A stretch of 63,610 nucleotides of DNA, counting the filler, from Octopus bimaculoides (taxonomy: Eukaryota), in the NCBI RefSeq assembly GCF_001194135.2. It is 5 parts of 3 records of this genome, joined end to end, with 100 filler letters (N's around TTAATTAATTAA, not from the genome) between each part and the next. Parts side by side here need not be neighbours in the genome. Positions count along the whole stretch, not along the records: positions 30,920 to 43,489 come from NC_068981.1; positions 43,590 to 47,753 come from NC_068983.1; positions 47,854 to 56,525 come from NC_068986.1; 2 more parts are not named here. One strand, given 5' to 3'. Each line of letters starts with the position of its first letter. Within the stretch, counting starts at the first letter, position 1. Under the pieces are notes generated by a model, which did not search any database, was not told where the DNA came from, and was given only the letters and a program-made list of their open reading frames with translations. A program made the translations under genes and the position numbers. Positions 38,253-52,445 of this stretch are shown in pieces.

Positions 38253-39388
38253 CGTATATACATATATATACAACGGACTCCTTTCAGTTTCCGTCTACCA
38301 CATCCAACCCACAAAGCTTTGGTCTGCTCGAGACTATAGTAGAAGGCACTTGCCCAATATTCCTCGCAGTTTCACTGAACCCGGAACTAATATAAGTCAA
38401 TATGAGTACATTTCTAAATCCATACAGAGATTATTATAGTTTAATAAAAGAAATTAGATAAGTTGGAAAGTGGCACTAAAAGTGTAGTATAGGTGGGGGT
38501 ATGCTAACAAAAATTGTTTTAAGTTCATTCACAACTGGGCATCTAGCATTGTTGATGGCAGCATCAACAGTTTTCAAAGATCCTTTTGCTATTAAGACTA
38601 CTATGAACTGTGGAACGGGTGGTGGATTGGTATATTAGATAGAAATACTATACCACATTTTGTTGTGACCCATAACAATCCGATTCGGAACAGTCTGATT
38701 TCGAAACACGCAGAGGTAGCATTTGACTTTCTTTCTACCCTCATCAATTAAATAAGTGCCAGTTATTTATTAATGTCGATATAATCGACTATAGTCAAAA
38801 GCTGTGTTGCTACGCGAGTACTGTATGTGGTTGTAAAAACTGAGTATTCCCAAGATCGATTTCATATTACATCCTTCTGGGAGGTTGATGAAATAATGCA
38901 CATTCCAGGTAGTGGAGTCTTCTTGTGTTAGAAACCAACGTTATGAAATGAAATTTGGATGTTCTTGCTATTGTTTTAGTTGTGTTCAATAGTAACTGAG
39001 TAGATTTATAACCATTGTTATCTTATCTATTTGGAGGCATAAAGTATCTAGAACAAGATTATATTATGTTCTTTGATTAAGTTAACGATAGCACAGTATG
39101 ATACGAGAGATTTTTAGCTGTGTTGTCTAGCTAACTGAGCGGTCGCATTGAAGGTCTCTCAGTAAATATGATTGGGACTGCTATGTCTACAACTTTTGAA
39201 GTGGGCGGTGAATACTTGGTGCTTTCGTACTATGTAAAATTTGAATGTCTCTGACCTGGAAACATTGAGTGTTAAGAAGTTCAGAAGTCAAGGAACAATT
39301 CAAAGATGTATAATCTCTTATAATGAACATCATCAGATCCGGCAAGAAACGTTCAACACGCGTAATAACATATATACACATATATACA

Positions 39389-39460
<72 letters not shown>

Positions 39461-39932
39461 NNNNNNNNNNNNNNNNNNNNNNNNNNNNNNNNNNNNNNNN
39501 NNNNNNNNNNNNNNNNNNNNNNNNNNNNNNNNNNNNNNNNNNNNNNNNNNNNNNNNNNNNNNNNNNNNNNNNNNNNNNNNNNNNNNNNNNNNNNNNNNNN
39601 NNNNNNNNNNNNNNNNNNNNNNNNNNNNNNNNNNNNNNNNNNNNNNNNNNNNNNNNNNNNNNNNNNNNNNNNNNNNNNNNNNNNNNNNNNNNNNNNNNNN
39701 NNNNNNNNNNNNNNNNNNNNNNNNNNNNNNNNNNNNNNNNNNNNNNNNNNNNNNNNNNNNNNNNNNNNNNNNNNNNNNNNNNNNNNNNNNNNNNNNNNNN
39801 NNNNNNNNNNNNNNNNNNNNNNNNNNNNNNNNNNNNNNNNNNNNNNNNNNNNNNNNNNNNNNNNNNNNNNNNNNNNNNNNNNNNNNNNNNNNNNNNNNNN
39901 NNNNNNNNNNNNNNNNNNNNNNNNNNNNNNNN

Positions 39933-39986
<54 letters not shown>

Positions 39987-40998
39987 AGCAAGAAAATGAG
40001 AGAGGTATCTGTGCTGGTTCCCTTGGCTGCACTTTTCCCTATGAAAGACTGCTAACACTAGAACGGATACAAGAATCGATTGACTATGTCTTTTCTCCTA
40101 ATTTCTTCATCAGCCCACCTCCACATTACTGGAACTACTTCTCCACTTTTGAATAAAAATGTTCCCGCTCATCCAGTCCTAAGCTCCTAAACCTCTTTCT
40201 TCCTTCCTTCATACATAAATGCATGCATACATACACATATACACATACAGACATACATATACACACGCACATATTTATATATATACATATATCTCTATAT
40301 ACATACATACGTATATATATATATATATATATGCATATATATATATACATATATATTTATATACATATATATTTATATACATATATACATACCTATATAT
40401 ATATATATACATGTATATATACATATATATATACATACATACACACACNNNNNNNNNNNNNNNNNNNNNNNNNNNNNNNNNNNNNNNNNNNNNNNNNNNN
40501 NNNNNNNNNNNNNNNNNNNNNNNNNNNNNNNNNNNNNNNNNNNNNNNNNNNNNNNNNNNNNNNNNNNNNNNNNNNNNNNNNNNNNNNNNNNNNNNNNNNN
40601 NNNNNNNNNNNNNNNNNNNNNNNNNNNNNNNNNNNNNNNNNNNNNNNNNNNNNNNNNNNNNNNNNNNNNNNNNATATATATATATATATATATAATACAA
40701 ACAATATATGAGTATATGCATATATACGTACATGTATGTATATGTACATACCTACATCTACATGTATATATAGATGCATACCTGTGTACAGGACGTTACA
40801 AAAAACAAAAACAAACGTGGACAAAATGATAAACAGAGTACAGAACACACACAGGCCACATAGAGAACATTTCCTTCATCGGTTGCCACCATTCTAAAAC
40901 TAAGCGTTTCGAAGAGTTAGGGCCCGACGCAAACCAAACGCTAAGGCAAGACAAACATCTCAAGTCACATACGTTATTATTATCGGAAAAATTTTAAA

Positions 40999-41054
40999 GT
41001 CTTAGAGCTGTTTCTGGGATATCAAAAAATATGAGATATTCCATCGTCGGAGAC
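40999..41054 (-). ncRNA. Hammerhead motif, U4C core variant (Penelope-type)
   Basis: Minus strand: GTCT CCGACGA TGGAATATC-tcatatttttt-GATATCCCA GAAA CAGCTC TA AGAC. Confidence 0.65.
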
Positions 41055-42187
41055 AAATAGGGAAAATGTGAAGGGTATAGATTATTAAGAAAACGATGAC
41101 ATAGAGGACTGGAGAAAAAGAATAAAGAAAAGAAGAAAATGTAGAAAAAGGAGCATAAAAGTTCACAGTTCAACTTTCCGATAGTGTAGATGTTAGTCCA
41201 GAAGACCTCAGGTGCAATTCTATGCGAATCCATGAATGGTTATATCCTTCATAGTGTAAATATCCAGAGATAAGAGAGTGGTAGCAGAGGTGGCTATTGA
41301 GGGATAAAGAGAAAGAAAAATAGAAAGAGAGAAAGGAATTGGTAGGGAAGCTGGAGATACAGAGAGTGGAGAAGGGATGCAAGGATTGATAGGAAAGATA
41401 AAATAAGGTATATAGGAATATAGTGAAGAAAAATAAACAAGAAGATAAATGAATAAATAATTATATTAGGGTAAATCAGGAGACAGGAGGAGGTAAAGGA
41501 AGATAACGTAAAGAATACAAAATAAAGTAAAATAAAACGGAAGGGATTCAAAAAGAATAGTAGGTGCCAGTGCTGTTCTAGTTTGTAGGGTTGGGGAGGA
41601 AATAAAGTAATGTATTTGTGTCCGTTTTATGGCTAAGGACAGTGGCTATAGAAATATTTTTAGCTATGGGGGTATAAGTGTGTAGGTAGTCGTGAAAGGA
41701 GAAACCAGTTGAATGTTACATTATTTAGGAATAAGAGTTACAACTAAATATTAGGGGATTTAATAGGTTAAGGTCTAAAAATAAATTAAAGAATTAATAG
41801 TTAACCTCTAAGGTTGATTAAAAAAAAATATACAAGGGTATGTATTAACGACCATGGAGGTATGTATGTGAGTGTTATGTGTGAGAGGTAAGTTTTCATT
41901 TGGATTTATGGAGCAATTTTAAAATGCTGAAAAATTTGTGTTTACACGTTGTGAAGGCTTTATTGTTTTTGTTAAGCAATTGTGAGTTCTGGATAAAAGT
42001 TTTGAGGGCTTCTTATCGGCAGAGTCAACAAGTGGAGCCCTGGCCCTGATATGGGATGCCAGAATCTATTATGGCCCAGGATAACCTATATTGGTAATCC
42101 GTTACAGCACTTACCTAGTCGTTTAAGTGACCTGTGAACTAAACCCCCATAATTTGTATATATATATATATATATATATATATTATG

Positions 42188-42562
42188 AAGCAGTTGTATA
42201 CTGTCAACTTAATGTGACAGTCCCAATAAGGGAATCATACTGCTGCTATTTAGCTCTAGGAAGCTGGACCGCTTCCTGTCGGCCTTGACACATTCCCTGT
42301 GTCTTTATATTTGTGAGGGGGAGACAAACACCTCCACCCAGCCTAGTCTGCATTCAGGGACATGTTTCTGAGTCATTGCTCGTCATCAGCCTGAAGTAGC
42401 ACGACCAGCCGGCTGAAGATGCCTGTCAACCTCTCACAAATATAAGGTCACAGGAAATGTGTCAAGGCCAACAGGAAGCGGTCCAGCTTCCTAGGGCTAG
42501 ATAGCCGCAGTATGATTCCCTTATTGGGACTGTCACATTAAGTTGACGGTATACAACTGCTT
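42188..42562. repeat. Inverted repeat, ~133-bp arms (42188-42320 / 42430-42562), 109-bp spacer holding a hammerhead; probable Penelope-like remnant
   Basis: Arms align by eye with about 9-10 substitutions. Confidence 0.85.
42353..42395 (-). ncRNA. Minimal type I hammerhead (Penelope-type, palindromic stem III)
   Basis: Minus strand: TTCAGG CTGATGA cGAGcaatgaCTCa GAAA CATG TC CCTGAA; perfect 6-bp stem I, GUC site, ACATGT palindrome. Confidence 0.75.
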
Positions 42563-42626
42563 TATCGTAACACTGCTGCTTATTTCTCTCTGTGAAATTT
42601 ATAATTAAATCATTTCTAATTTATAC

Positions 42627-42718
<92 letters not shown>

Positions 42719-45700
42719 GTTTGTGTGTGTGTGTATATACACACACATATACACACATATATNNNNNNNNNNNNNNNNNNNNNNNNNNNNNNNNNNNNNN
42801 NNNNNNNNNNNNNNNNNNNNNNNNNNNNNNNNNNNNNNNNNNNNNNNNNNNNNNNNNNNNNNNNNNNNNNNNNNNNNNNNNNNNNNNNNNNNNNNNNNNN
42901 NNNNNNNNNNNNNNNNNNNNNNNNNNNNNNNNNNNNNNNNNNNNNNNNNNNNNNNNNNNNNNNNNNNNNNNNNNNNNNNNNNNNNNNNNNNNNNNNNNNN
43001 NNNNNNNNNNNNNNNNNNNNNNNNNNNNNNNNNNNNNNNNNNNNNNNNNNNNNNNNNNNNNNNNNNNNNNNNNNNNNNNNNNNNNNNNNNNNNNNNNNNN
43101 NNNNNNNNNNNNNNNNNNNNNNNNNNNNNNNNNNNNNNNNNNNNNNNNNNNNNNNNNNNNNNNNNNNCAGACACACACGCACCCCCTCCACACACGCACA
43201 CACACATACACATGCACATACACAAGACACATACACACACATGTAGAAACGAACTCACTTACACACACATGCAAATGAACCTACACATAACTCCTACACA
43301 CACACTCACACACAAACACACCCAGGTGCACATACATGGACATACACGCAAATGAACCCACACATAACTCACATACACACACAACAAACAGTAACACATA
43401 CACGAACACATACTACGCATATACACGCACACACACACACACATTTACCTCCCTCTTACACTCTCCTGTCTTAGAAAGAACTTTTCCTCNNNNNNNNNNN
43501 NNNNNNNNNNNNNNNNNNNNNNNNNNNNNNNNNTTAATTAATTAANNNNNNNNNNNNNNNNNNNNNNNNNNNNNNNNNNNNNNNNNNNNTCAGAAAGAAA
43601 TTCACGGAGAATAATACTTAAATCTATGCATACAAGCTGCTAATTTCATTCTTTTGCAGAAACCTATATTGCCTTTGGCAAATTTTTAAATATTCTCAGT
43701 TCCACGGCAAGCCACGAGTAGGAATCTATCCGATTCTATTCTGTAATTAACACACGTTGTTGCATCAAAGAGCAGGTGATGTACAGTAATATATATATCA
43801 AAAGGATGTGTTATAACACTATTCCACATATACAAAAACAGCCATACCAACAATCCAACGTACCCCCATCATCAGCTGCCCCACGGATATCATTATGGTT
43901 TCTTTTATTCTTTTATTCGTTTCAGTCATTTCACTGCGACCATGCTGGAGCACCGCTTTGAGTCGAAAACATCGACCTCAGTACTTATTTTTTGTAAGCC
44001 TAGTACTTATTCTATCTGTTTCTTTTGCCGAACCGTTAAGTTACAGGGACGTAAACGCAGCAGCATCGGTTGTCAAGTGATGATGAGGGGACAAACACAG
44101 ACACACNNNNNNNNNNNNNNNNNNNNNNNNNNNNNNNNNNNNNNNNNNNNNNNNNNNNNNNNNNNNNNNNNNNNNNNNNNNNNNNNNNNNNNNNNNNNNN
44201 NNNNNNNNNNNNNNNNNNNNNNNNNNNNNNNNNNNNNNNNNNNNNNNNNNNNNNNNNNNNNNNNNNNNNNNNNNNNNNNNNNNNNNNNNNNNNNNNNNNN
44301 NNNNNNNNNNNNNNNNNNNNNNNNNNNNNNNNNNNNNNNNNNNNNNTATATATATATATATATATATTCGATAGGCTTCTTTCAGTTTCCGCCTACCAAA
44401 TCCACTCACAAGGCTTTGATTGGCCCGAGGCTACGGTAGAAGACTATAATAGAAGACACTCGCCCAAGGTGCTATGGAATGGGAGTGAACTCGAAACCAT
44501 GTGCTTGGGAAGTAAGCTTCTGACCACATAGCCACGCATGCACCTAGCTACATATACATATATGCACGTACATTTTCAATTGCACGATTTTTACAGGAAA
44601 AAGAAAAATAATAACAAAAGAAAAGGCCAATAAAATATAACAGAAAGACCGAAATTTTTCGGTCTGAATACATACAACATAATATACATATGCACATACG
44701 TAAAAAACACAGTGAAAAATATATATGCACACATCTACACGCTCACATATACACACACAACATAAAACACATATAGAGAAGAGAGAATGATGGAGGTGAG
44801 AGAATTACGGATGAGGCGGTGGTGGAGGCGTGGGGTACGATTACGCAGGATGGAGGTTTGATGTCAAGGCGGAGAAATGAAACGGAGCATATCGTGTGTC
44901 CTAACGTTGATTTTCATTATATAGTCTTTCTCCCCCACTACTTCTTTTCTTTTTTTCTCTTCTGTCTCTGTATTTTCTTTTTTTTTTTTGCAAAGTAAGC
45001 CTTAACCATTTGCAACGTCCACATCCAGCAACAAACAAACAAACAAACAAACAACACTGCCACAGACACCACCACCACCAGTGTAATCTCCCTCGTCTTC
45101 TTCTTTTTCATCCATCCTCTCATCATCATCATCATTATCAATATACTGTTTGCAATGACGAGGAGGAAGAAACGGAAGATGCAGCTGGTCAGATGCGTGA
45201 TTATCGGCAGCCATATTTCTATGGAACGTTCGTACGTCTGTAGTCGAAACAAAGCCAACAGCCGCCATTACAAAAAGATGCAAGCTAAGGAAATGAGACA
45301 AGATGGCCACTCAGTTCCTGCTGTCTTATTCTTTTTGCTTTATTTACTTGATTGAGTTTTCTTTTATTTGGTTTTTGCGTTCTTTTCCCATTCTCGTTTT
45401 GTGTTTTTACTATTTTATTTATTTTGAGTTTTTGTTATTCGTTTTCTGCTTTCGTTCCTTTAAGAATATGTTTTCTCTTTCCCCTCCGTCTCACTGTATA
45501 TTTCTCTACATCTGTCTGTCTGTCACTCTCTAAGGATGTGTGGATGTGTCTCACTGTCTATGTGTAACCCCTAGTCTCTTTCTCCGTCTGTCGCTCTCTA
45601 TACAAAACACACACACACACTTACATACTTACTCACACACACTATACACACATGCATTCGTATGTGTACGTGTGGGAATATAAATATACATGTATAAATG

Positions 45701-45782
45701 TATATGTATGTACTTGTGTGTGTTTATGTATATGTGTGTACTTAAATATACATACGCACACACAAACACACACACACATATG

Positions 45783-45831
<49 letters not shown>

Positions 45832-45957
45832 NNNNNNNNNNNNNNNNNNNNNNNNNNNNNNNNNNNNNNNNNNNNNNNNNNNNNNNNNNNNNNNNNNNNN
45901 NNNNNNNNNNNNNNNNNNNNNNNNNNNNNNNNNNNNNNNNNNNNNNNNNNNNNNNNN

Positions 45958-45998
<41 letters not shown>

Positions 45999-47490
45999 AA
46001 TATATATATACAAATATATATATACACGTACACACACGCATTTGCAAGCACGTGTATGGATGTGCTGGTGTAGTTATTCTTAAAATGTCATTTTCTTCTT
46101 AGCATTCATTCATTCATTCATTCATTCGTTCATTCATTATTTATTTATTTATTTATTTATTGTTCGGTTTTATTTCCCGCCTTTGATCTGCCAATCAAGT
46201 AAAAAGACTTTTAATTGTATTAGCGTCAGAGGCATTTCAACAACACCACCAGCACCAGCGGCACCAGCGGCAGCAGCAGCAGCAGCAGCTGTAACTTCGA
46301 CGGCAGCGGTGCAGCAATGATTGTCGTTGCAGTATCAGCAGTAATATCAACAACGATGACAACAATAACAATGACAGCGAAAAAAAAGCGTGTGACATAC
46401 GGTGATATATTTGTCAACACACACACGCGCGCGTGCGCCTGCAAAAACACATATATGAGAACATATAAACACATACATCGCACATACAATTAACAAGGCA
46501 TTAGAAATGGCATTCAAAATGTACGCAGAGTGCAACATACATACACTGGCACATGCACACATATGTAAATGCGTGCGTGTCGTGTGAATGTATGTATGTA
46601 CGAATATGTATGCATGTGTATTCATGCTTGAATGTACATGCATTCACACATGCATACATACACACATTTACATACATGCATAGATACATACACGTACAGA
46701 CACTCACTCACACACATACAGACATACACGCACACATGTACTTTGTTTGAGGTTTCAAAAAGCTACCAATGCTCTCATACAAAGAGATATTCACAATTGT
46801 TCGAGCGTACCTCACGAAAGTCTTCGTACTTCTCTCCATTTAGGATGTGAATAGACGGGATTAACACAAGACTGAATGGGATTTCGAAATACACAGAGCA
46901 CGGAGATAACTTTCAAGAATATTTTTTATTATCTCCCTTGCATTAAACATGGAATTTTGCTGGAAATTGCATTCACCATAGGTTGATTGATCGCTTAATT
47001 ATTTTATTTACGAACCTTCGTGCATACCTGTAATTATTGGGGCCCTGGGATATGTAACACACTGCCTAAATACCAATTCTGAGACATGCTTCTCAGCACC
47101 AGAAAGGAGAAAGCTAATTCGAAGACTATAGATCCAATCTATGACTGGAACTGTAAAAATCTGTAAAAGCTTCCAGACATTTATCATTTAAATATACATG
47201 AACATACCTAGATATGCAACTATATTCATAAGAATACATACATAAAGCAAAACATAGAAACCTGCACATAGACATACATACATACATACATGCATACATA
47301 CATACATACATACATACATACAACCAAACTACTCTGTTGTTGATGTTGAAATTCCAGTGAAGGAGCCTTGAATCTAGGTTAGAAACTAACTCTTGCTCTA
47401 TTGGCAAGACATCTTGAAATAAAACTGAATAATGGCACACATATGTATGTGTGTGTGTGTGTGTGTGTGTATGTGTGCGTGCGCGCGCAT

Positions 47491-47537
<47 letters not shown>

Positions 47538-47552
47538 CATACGTGGGAGGGA

Positions 47553-47700
47553 GTGCTGTAAAGTTCCTGGGTTTAAAGGTGTCAACTGTTTTGTGGGGCA
47601 ATCAGATCGAACCATTTCAAAGTGTAACTGCCCGAAACGGTCGTGACTTCTGGTACTTGACTGAGAAAACAAAGCTACGAAGGACCCGTCTTTTTTTTGC
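47553..47700 (+). mobile_element. Short mariner-end-like fragment
   Basis: GAGGGAGTGCTGTAAAGTTCCTGG resembles GAGGG.GTGCTGAAAAGTTCCTGG-type mariner termini; no partner end seen. Confidence 0.4.
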
Positions 47701-47853
47701 AAAGTCCTTCTAACTGTTGTTTCTCTTCTCCGCCTTTGTATCGTCTATGTGTGNNNNNNNNNNNNNNNNNNNNNNNNNNNNNNNNNNNNNNNNNNNNTTA
47801 ATTAATTAANNNNNNNNNNNNNNNNNNNNNNNNNNNNNNNNNNNNNNNNNNNN

Positions 47854-48113
47854 TTCCCTTCATCGGAGACAGAAAAAATAAAGTAATCTATTATTATATC
47901 CATAGGTGGATATTTTTAGTATTAAGTGGTAAAGAGTGTGATGTGCTGAAAAAGGAGAGAACAGTACTTGAAGTGTACTGGAATGAAACTACACTTCAAG
48001 TACTGTTCTCTCCTTTTTCAGCACATCACACTCTTTACCACTTAATACTAAAAATATCCACCTATGGATATAATAATAGATTACTTTATTTTTTCTGTCT
48101 CCGATGAAGGGAA
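47854..48113. repeat. Perfect 124-bp inverted repeat with 12-nt loop, abutting a gap
   Basis: 47854-47977 is the exact reverse complement of 47990-48113; loop CTGGAATGAAAC. Confidence 0.9.
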
Positions 48114-48145
48114 TTACTGGATCTTCCCAGAAACAGCTGTAAGGC
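48097..48145 (+). ncRNA. Hammerhead motif, U4C core variant (Penelope-type)
   Basis: GTCT CCGATGA aGGGAA-ttactggatc-TTCCCa GAAA CAGCTG TA AGGC; palindromic ACAGCTGT stem III. Confidence 0.68.
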
Positions 48146-48350
48146 TATCCATAAAATACTTTTCCAACCTTACCTTTACTCTCTTTATCCTTTTGTTTTT
48201 ATGTATTTACATATACACACGCTAATACACGACTTATAACACCCAATCCTGTTCATACAACGACTGGGGCAAACTAGTCGGTATACAGCACTTACTCGGT
48301 ATTACCTGTATCCTCTTGGGTTTGGTATAATCCAATACCCTCCTCAACCT

Positions 48351-48397
<47 letters not shown>

Positions 48398-50281
48398 GCA
48401 CGCATGCACACATACACTCAATCTTTGTCTATGATTTTTTTTTTCTCGTTGTGTTTGCACTGTGACGTTCATTGACTCTATGACTGCATCTAAGGTTACA
48501 TATATATATACTACACTTTGATCTTAGCCAAAAGGCCGGGGTATTCTTTATGTTATATTTAGTTATACCATCTTAGGGACGTTTCGTTAACACATTGACA
48601 TAATTGATTATTGGTTACATAATGTATATTACGTAATCAACAGTTACTGTCAAATCGCCAGGGGCGTGTAAATATTATATGGAATATCAGTGGAATGCAA
48701 ACGCAACAGTTATTTTCTATTGCAAGCCTGGCTTGCAGCCGTTACCCAAAGTGCTAGAGAAAGGACATTACATAGATGTCAGATGAGGAAAGCTAACACA
48801 ACACAAACAGGGGAGTGACAGACGGGAGAAGGACTTATCAGTCCGTCTGAGAAATTGTTGTGGACATATTTCAGACTGTTTCATTGTTTGTCTTTATTTG
48901 CTATATACGTACATATATGCATACACATATGCACATATGTCATATATACACACACACACAGATTATATATGCATATATATAAAACAGGCGCATACATGTC
49001 ATATACGCATGAGTGTACGTGTGGGCACGCGTGAACGGATGTTTGTTTGTTTGTTGGCTGGTTTGTTGGTTGGTTAGTTGATATACATTACATAAAGTGA
49101 TGGGATAAGTGTAAAAAAAAAAAAAGAGACATGGGGTGGGTGGTCTTAACATAAAATGTCCTGAAAAATACACAATTTTTATGAAATTTTGCAGAGATAG
49201 GATTTCCATGGATTATGAGATAGGATTTCCCTGCGATTATGCAGATAAAATATAAAAAAATAATAGCATATGTTTATTGTAAATATACAAACGAGAAAAT
49301 TATATGCTTAATCGTAATTCAGGATAATATTTTTCGATTGATAGCTACTTTTCATTTCATCTTTATGTATAAACAGCTAGAACTATGATAAAAGTTAAAT
49401 TAAAATTAATATATTTATGCCGTATTTTCTGAATTTATCCATGGCGGAAAGAGTATACTTCCCAATTTATCCGTTTATAAAATGGGTAACACTCCAGTTT
49501 ATATACATAATATAAAATATATGTATACATGATATTACATGTATTACGTATTTGTAATATTGTGACACACTAGCAAATATATAGAGAGAGAGAGGGAGAA
49601 AGAGATAAATGTATGTATATACACGCACATATGGTTGAATTGAATTGCGAAGAGCAGTGCGAATACCAGTTTTGAAATAGTTTGATCATTTGTTGATCCG
49701 TTGAGAAATAAGCAAGATGTCGCCCCCTAAAAAAAACCCACTTGTTTATTCATAGCAATGTCTTATTTCACAACGAAGATGGCCAATATTTCTCACACAT
49801 CTCCTATCTCATAGAAAACACTTATTGATATCTGTTTCAACCCTCCACCCACCCATTGCACCTCACCAAACAATGTATTTAGAACTACATTATCTAAGGG
49901 GATTTTTTTAACAGTGGGGTTTAATTTGAAAGGTATTTTGGCTGTTATTACTTGCATATCAACTAGCAATATACAGAATGGTTCAAAGCTAACATGTTAT
50001 TGTTTAATCCCTGAATTGCCCTGCGATCAAAAGTATTCCAGACGTGATTATACTGCGTTTATCCCTGGTTTGTGGTTAAGAATTTTACGTCACTAACATA
50101 TGGTTTCGTGTTCAGTCCCACAGCGCGTCTTCTTAGGTGAGTGTTTTCTACTATAACTCCGGACAGACCAATGAGCGGGTGTGATAACTGTTTGGGAGTA
50201 GACGTCATGTATACATGTGTGTGTGTGTCTGTCTCTGTATCTGTGTCTGTGTANNNNNNNNNNNNNNNNNNNNNNNNNNNN

Positions 50282-50330
<49 letters not shown>

Positions 50331-51188
50331 CTTTGTATTTATCCTCACACCAGTTGATTCACATGTGCTGGTTTCTTTACCTCCCCACAGCTTAGCAGAA
50401 AAGGACAAAAACAAAGATATGAAAAGTATTAAACTTTTAAAACAAGTATAAATAGTAGGACCGATCTGTTTGACTAAAGCCTTCAACTCGGTGCCCCAGC
50501 ATGATCGCAATTCAATGATCGAAACAAATAATCGAATAAAGCAATAGCGTATCTATAAGGACTACGTTATCAGATTTTCTTTTCACGACTTAATCGTTAA
50601 ATGAGGGATAATCTTGGCTGCCTATTTTAAAACATCGAGCGTTGTCTGTTTGATTTGTGACTGTGCCAAGTTCGCCTGGTGTGGTGAAGTGGATTGCTGT
50701 GGAGGATAATCGATTGATTCACACCAGTAGTACAGCAGCTGGTACTTGATTCATCTATCCTGAGAGGAGGAAAATCTCGGACTGAGCGAGTACTGCATGA
50801 CACTGTAGTGGTAGGCACTAAGCTGTATTAAAAAGCATTGCAATCCGCGAGCTCTGCTCACTACTATCGCAATCTGTATAAGTGAGTGTATTTATACGTG
50901 AGTGTGCGTGTGTGCGCAAATGAGTTATATATAGTCGGTGGTTCTACAGTTCATCAATAAATATTTCCTGTGTGTATGTGTGAGAGAGTACTGCGCCTAT
51001 ATATGCACTTACACATAACTGTAACTATAAATGCCACACTCACGCGAGCATATACATACACACACATATATACATACAAATACTGTATATGCAGTAAACA
51101 TAAACACGAGTTTCCTTCTGCGACACGCACTTGTCTATGATGATGGATAGAGAGAGAGAGATACACACATATACATATACACACTTGT

Positions 51189-51253
<65 letters not shown>

Positions 51254-51409
51254 CTGCGTTCCATATAAAATGATGGAATTATTGATAGATGTTTTCATGT
51301 GGAAGCGCCGGTACACACTCCTACACACATACACTTGTATGTGGGTGGAAGCTTCCACGTGAAAACATCTATCAATTCTATCATCTTATACAGAACACAG
51401 ATTTGATAT

Positions 51410-51440
<31 letters not shown>

Positions 51441-51913
51441 ACACCCCACTCAGACAAACAGACGTATCGTATGCACATATATGCATTCGCACATACAATT
51501 AATCCACAGAGTGCTTCTCTTCTAAAATGCCATTTCTATAGTATAATGTTCAACTTTATATACATCCTCGTTTCTCATCTGCTCCACGGTGACGACTACC
51601 ACAAACAACAACTACCACCTTCACCGTCACCACTACCACGACTATCCTCTACCTGTAGCCTTGGCTTCGTTCGTGAAAGTACCATAATTGCACTGCATTT
51701 CAAACATTACACTATGATGTGAAAAAATACGCGCATGCGCGCGCGCGTGTGTGAGTTTGGTGTATGAGTGTGTAAAGGACTTTGTGCGTTTGAGAGTGGA
51801 CTACGGTGAGTGTTTCTGATATGTTGCTGCTGTTGATGCTTTCCTTTTGCAGTGGATAAATTCTTTGAAGAATTCATTGTTTTGTGAACTCAAGAAAACG
51901 ATAAATCATAGCT

Positions 51914-51956
<43 letters not shown>

Positions 51957-51983
51957 CGGTGGTGATGCTGGTGGTGGTGGTGA

Positions 51984-52030
<47 letters not shown>

Positions 52031-52388
52031 AACCAACAAGAAATCCTAAATAAAAAAAATGGATTTCCTTCAAAACTCTCCCCCTCCCCTACGTACACGC
52101 ATATTCTACTCCTCTCTTTCCCAGACTATACTACCACCACCACCACTACCACCACCTATCTTATACTTCATAATCTATTAAAGATGTTATAATGTAGAAA
52201 GGCTGTACGATTCCTTATAGTTCGTTTCCTTTGATTTCTGCAGTGTTGTAAATCTCGTTATACAGATATACACAGGCATCACATACACACACGTATATAA
52301 ATATATAGGCATTGTGCATATAAATATATGTGAATGCATATACATATATACATGTGAATGCATATACATATATACATACACGTACGAA

Positions 52389-52445
<57 letters not shown>

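Noticed and set aside
40870-40915. CCGATGAAGG / CTGATGAAGG heads in a recurring repeat (also ~60220, -)
   Set aside because: No correctly placed GAAA, stem III and stem I partner; at most a relic.
44760-46400. GC-richer tracts with (CAC)n, (CAT)n and (CAG)n suggesting an exon
   Set aside because: Simple-repeat composition, no recognisable protein and no convincing splice pair.
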